DNA from: Flavobacterium sp.
GTDB lineage: Bacteria; Bacteroidota; Bacteroidia; Flavobacteriales; Flavobacteriaceae
Direction of reading: 5' to 3'
Assembly: GCF_035195345.1 (NCBI RefSeq)
Contig: NZ_CP136574.1
Span: 2,653,598-2,717,597 of the forward strand
DNA length: 64,000 bases
Below the pieces are notes generated by a model. That model saw only the letters and a list, made by a program, of their open reading frames with translations, was not told where the DNA came from and ran no database searches. This document shows, one piece after another, positions 60,413-64,000 of this stretch. The position numbers were made by a program, and so were the translations under genes. The stretch's first letter is position 1, and the number at the start of each line of letters is the position of its first letter.

Positions 60413-60576
60413 AAACAAAAACTCCGATGAAAATCGGAGTTTTTTTATGATCTTTATTTTTGATACTATCAAAATGTATTTGAAATTAAAATAACTTCTT
60501 TTGCTAACGCTCGCATCACGCTCCTTTATATATATGGATGAGTTTAACGCTCGCATTAACATTGTTTAATATTAGT

Positions 60577-60969
60577 CTACTTCAACCTTTCTAAAACTCC
60601 TTTTCGTTTTACAATATTCTTGTAATCCCACTGAATTGCTTTAGCTTTTTGGAGCCAATTTTTTAAATCTGTAGAATTGATTTCATCTGCTGAATTATAA
60701 AAAATAGAAGCATCTTCAAATTTACCACCTAACACATTCAGTTTATCTTCTTCAAATGATTTTCCACTCCAAAACATCAATCGGATTCCTGGTTTTTGTT
60801 TGCTATACCCCACAATTGGATTATCTTCTAAAAACCAAACCGGATGGGCGTGCCAAATTTTACTTTCAGCTTCAGGTAAATGAAAGCTAATTTGTTCAGC
60901 TAGTAAATTACAAATCAATTGTACTTCTGCTGATTGTGAGTTATTATAAGCTTGCACATCTAAATTCAT
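60577..60969 (-). CDS. DUF1801 family protein
   Basis: KIWHAHPVWF, GIRLMFWSG. Confidence 0.85.
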   Translation of the reverse strand: MNLDVQAYNNSQSAEVQLICNLLAEQISFHLPEAESKIWHAHPVWFLEDNPIVGYSKQKPGIRLMFWSGKSFEEDKLNVLGGKFEDASIFYNSADEINSTDLKNWLQKAKAIQWDYKNIVKRKGVLERLK

Positions 60970-61100
60970 AAGAATTTTGTTTAAATCAAAAATAATAAAA
61001 ACTCCGAGAAGTATCGGAGTCTTTAACTACTATATTAGAAATACTTATTTAAGAAATTTTAAAATCTGTGTAAATCAGTTAAATCTGTGTTCCAACAAAA

Positions 61101-61850
61101 TTAAAACCCATTCACAATAGCTAAAAAATCATCAGCTTTTAAAGCGGCTCCACCAATTAAGCCACCATCAACATCAGGTTTTGAGAAGATTTCTTTGGCA
61201 TTGTCTGGTTTTACACTTCCTCCATATAAAATAGTTAGGTCGTCAGCAATGGCAAATCCGTATACTTTTTCTACTAAAGTTCTGATGAATTTATGCATTT
61301 CTTGTGCTTGCTCTGGAGAAGCTGTTTCTCCGGTTCCTATCGCCCAAACAGGCTCATAAGCTAAAACAATATTTGCCCAATCTTTCTTTTCTAAATGGAA
61401 CAATCCATCGCGAAGTTGATTTTCAACAATAGTAAAATGATTGTTAATTTGACGATCTTTTAATTCTTCACCAAAACAGAAAATAACACGCATTTCGTGT
61501 TTTAATGCGGTGTCTACTTTATTTGCTAACAAAGCATCGGTTTCATGAAAATACGCACGTCTTTCGCTGTGACCTAAAATTACGGTGTTCACGCCAATAT
61601 CAGTTAACATTCCTGCGGCAATTTCACCAGTAAAAGCACCACCTTCTGCTTGGTGCATGTTTTGTGCGGCTACGGTAATTTCGTTTCCATTTGTAATTTC
61701 AACAGCTTTAGATAGGTTTACAAAGGTTGGTGAAACAATTATTTCAGCACTTGTAGTTGTTTTTTTTGCAATAATTTCTTCTAATAATGCAACAGTTTCT
61801 TTTTGATTTTTGTGCATTTTCCAGTTTCCAGCAACAATATTTTTTCTCAT
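61101..61850 (-). CDS. tpiA: Triosephosphate isomerase
   Basis: VAGNWKM, GHSERR, AYEPVWAIGTG, LYGGSV, GGLIGGA. Confidence 0.97.
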   Translation of the reverse strand: MRKNIVAGNWKMHKNQKETVALLEEIIAKKTTTSAEIIVSPTFVNLSKAVEITNGNEITVAAQNMHQAEGGAFTGEIAAGMLTDIGVNTVILGHSERRAYFHETDALLANKVDTALKHEMRVIFCFGEELKDRQINNHFTIVENQLRDGLFHLEKKDWANIVLAYEPVWAIGTGETASPEQAQEMHKFIRTLVEKVYGFAIADDLTILYGGSVKPDNAKEIFSKPDVDGGLIGGAALKADDFLAIVNGF

Positions 61851-62347
61851 TATTTTAACGATTCTAAAGTTTTAATTAATTTTTCATCATCGGCTTCAAT
61901 TACTTTATAAAGGGCAATTTTTCCAGTTTTATCTACAATCATGTATCTTGGAATCCAATCCAAACTAATCGATTTACCAAAAACACCTTTCATTCCATCT
62001 GAAGTTAAGTAATGTTCTCCTTTTACGTCATATTTGGCAATACCTTTTAACCAAGCTTCATACGTTTTATCCATAGAAATGAATAAGTAAGTAGCATCTG
62101 GATATTTTTCTTGCAAGGCTTTTACTTTTGGCATTCCTTTGATACAATCAGAGCACCATGAAGCCCAAACATCGATTAAAATCGTTTTTCCTTCGTATTT
62201 TTTAAGAATTTCTGCAAACATAATCGGTTGGTTTTCGGTAGTAACCATTACGTTTTCTAGTCCCTCTTTTTTAAAAGTAGTTTCTTTTTTTTGAGCACAT
62301 CCTAAAGTGCTGATTAGCATTGTAGCTAAAACGAATATTTTTTTCAT
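61850..62347 (-). CDS. TlpA-like thioredoxin-fold lipoprotein
   Basis: Lipobox LGC; DVWASWCSDC; WIPRY. Confidence 0.88.
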   Translation of the reverse strand: MKKIFVLATMLISTLGCAQKKETTFKKEGLENVMVTTENQPIMFAEILKKYEGKTILIDVWASWCSDCIKGMPKVKALQEKYPDATYLFISMDKTYEAWLKGIAKYDVKGEHYLTSDGMKGVFGKSISLDWIPRYMIVDKTGKIALYKVIEADDEKLIKTLESLK

Positions 62348-62350
62348 AGT

Positions 62351-63430
62351 TTATTTTTTTAATTCCGAATACGGTTTTTTTATTAGTTTTTTGAATTCGG
62401 TACCATTGAATTTATTATCACTAATTCCGTCGTAATATTTGAATTCGTTGCCATTCCATAGATATTTCACACCCGGTGTATCTCTTCCAGTTCCTAATTC
62501 AGTCCAAAACGGAATTACATCAATCATTTTATAAGGAAATTTAGTGCCTGCAAATTCGAAGAATGTCGGAATTTTCTCTGGTTCTTCGTTCATGAAAATT
62601 ACGAAAACAGGAGGGAAGTTCTTGTCTTTTTTACGCATTTCGTTCAATTCTTTGGCAGTATCCATGCAGTGATCGCAACCTGGAACAAAGTAGCACAGAA
62701 TCTTTTTATCAGTATCAATCCCTGGGAAGTATTTTTCGTAACCCGATTTTACTTTCTTTGGAGCGTCTTCGGTTTTCTTTTCTTCTATTTTTTTAATGGT
62801 GTCTTTAGTTGTGGTTGTAATAGGTTCTTCAATAGTTAATAAGGAAGTAGAATCTACAACAACGCCTAAATTTTCTTGAACTTCAGAAGTTGGTTCTTCA
62901 ATAACTTCTGCAACTGGACGAATTGGCGCTAACATGAAAAGGGCTAAAATACAACCCAATCCAACCGATTTCAACAGCCAAAAGTTCGATTTTCCATCAG
63001 CAGGAGCCAATTTGAATAACCAAATTAATAATCCAATTGCAATGATGTTTTTAATGATTGCTTCCACGGGTGTCATGGGAAGTAATTCTCCAAAACAACC
63101 ACAATTACCAGCATTTCCACTTACAAAAGTGGTGTAACTTAAATGTATTACAAAAACGGCTAACAATAAAATGGTTGCTGGAATCGTAATTTTTTTCAAG
63201 TAATCTTTTAGCAGAATAGAAATTCCTAAAGCAAATTCAATCCCAATTAAAATTCTTGAAAAATAGGGTGCAATGCCTTCCGAAAACCCTAATGGATACA
63301 ATTGTTTCACTTCAAAAGTGGAGATTGCAAAATAGGGAGAAGGATATAATTTAGCTACTGCAGAAACAATAAATAAGGCTGAAATGATGAGGCGTAAAAT
63401 CCAAATTATGTTTTCTTTCTTCATGTTCAA
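62351..63430 (-). CDS. DoxX/MauE-family membrane protein with C-terminal thioredoxin-like domain (BT_3928-like)
   Basis: LFIVSAVAK, NCGCFGE, KNII, CYFVPGCDHC. Confidence 0.78.
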   Translation of the reverse strand: MNMKKENIIWILRLIISALFIVSAVAKLYPSPYFAISTFEVKQLYPLGFSEGIAPYFSRILIGIEFALGISILLKDYLKKITIPATILLLAVFVIHLSYTTFVSGNAGNCGCFGELLPMTPVEAIIKNIIAIGLLIWLFKLAPADGKSNFWLLKSVGLGCILALFMLAPIRPVAEVIEEPTSEVQENLGVVVDSTSLLTIEEPITTTTKDTIKKIEEKKTEDAPKKVKSGYEKYFPGIDTDKKILCYFVPGCDHCMDTAKELNEMRKKDKNFPPVFVIFMNEEPEKIPTFFEFAGTKFPYKMIDVIPFWTELGTGRDTPGVKYLWNGNEFKYYDGISDNKFNGTEFKKLIKKPYSELKK

Positions 63431-63485
63431 TTTTTAATTTTTATAAAAATACAACTTACTAAAAAGCTATTGTGTTAACAACTTG

Positions 63486-64000
63486 TTATTTGTTTTCCAT
63501 TAAAATTAAGGCAAAAACCGAATAGTTAATCATGTCTTGATAATTCGCATCAATACCTTCAGAAACTAATGTTTTTCCTTTATTGTCTTCGATTTGCTTT
63601 ATGCGCAGTAACTTTTGAATAATTAAATCGGTTAAAGAACTGATTCGCATATCGCGCCAAGCTTCACCATAATCATGGTTTTTGTTCTCCATTAAGCTTT
63701 TAGTTGTAGCGATTTTTTCATCATACAATCTAATTGCTTCATCGGCCGATAAATCAGGTTGTTTGGCAATTCCTTTATCCATTTGAATTAAAGCCATAGC
63801 AGAATAATTGATAATTCCAATGAACTCTGAAGTTTCATCTTCGTCTACTTTGCGTACTTCATTTTCTTGCAAACCACGAATTCTTTGTGCTTTAATAAAA
63901 ATTTGATCAGTTAAAGAAGGTAAACGTAAAACACGCCAAGCAGTGCCATAATCATGTGCTTTTTTTGAAAATAAATCGCGACAAACCGCTATAACTTTAT
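63486..64000 (-). CDS. DUF1599 domain protein (5' end outside window)
   Basis: Frame stays open to the window edge: KKAHDYGTAWRVLRLPSLTDQIFIKAQRIR, plus a second repeat KNHDYGEAWR...KLLRIKQIE. Confidence 0.88.
   Translation of the reverse strand, partial: KVIAVCRDLFSKKAHDYGTAWRVLRLPSLTDQIFIKAQRIRGLQENEVRKVDEDETSEFIGIINYSAMALIQMDKGIAKQPDLSADEAIRLYDEKIATTKSLMENKNHDYGEAWRDMRISSLTDLIIQKLLRIKQIEDNKGKTLVSEGIDANYQDMINYSVFALILMENK

Noticed and set aside
41247-61024. Recurrent ATCCG/ATCCCG...CGGAT/CGGGAT hairpins (41247, 43170, 50944, 53092, 57977, 60417, 60997) as a mobile repeat family
   Set aside because: Each lies just past a stop codon with T-runs; ordinary intrinsic terminators with a genus-typical stem.
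989-63137. Numerous 60-120 aa ORFs antisense to or nested in core genes (e.g. 2398..2682, 7246..7572, 10426..10797, 59416..59748)
   Set aside because: Shadow ORFs of well-supported genes with no recognisable motifs; expected from codon bias.
1-64000. tRNA, rRNA, prophage, integrase or intact transposase
   Set aside because: No cloverleaf, rRNA-like segment or recombinase/transposase ORF was recognised by eye; tRNAscan-SE and an Rfam scan would be needed to exclude them formally.

Overview
AT-rich chromosomal segment of a Flavobacterium-like Bacteroidota. Support: TAnnTTTG -7 promoter boxes, T9SS genes (porQ, type A CTD proteins) and a Bacteroidota-type Rho. Most of the window is core housekeeping (parE/parC, fhs, murQ, rlmD, rocD, rmuC, lon, cmk, mlaEFD, lpdA, truA, rho, tpiA) plus a cobalamin uptake locus with a riboswitch. 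Non-routine content: (1) a type II R-M cassette between parE and parC, pairing an M.HpaII-like methylase with a CCGG-family (Ecl18kI/EcoRII-C-like) nuclease; (2) a GxxExxY nuclease-fold gene inside the B12 ABC locus, bracketed by CACATAG-type repeat arms, with two ~132-bp gene-less relatives nearby, one between the riboswitch and btuB; (3) a deletion scar fusing the 5' end of an Ig-like (probably ice-binding-type) lipoprotein gene to the 3' end of an OmpA-family gene; (4) many short 6-7 bp-period repeat tracts abutting start and stop codons; (5) a nonsense-interrupted TIGR02117 gene and an uncalled 35-aa membrane ORF. No rRNA, tRNA, CRISPR array or intact transposase was seen. All family assignments come from motif recognition and recall; no database searches were run.
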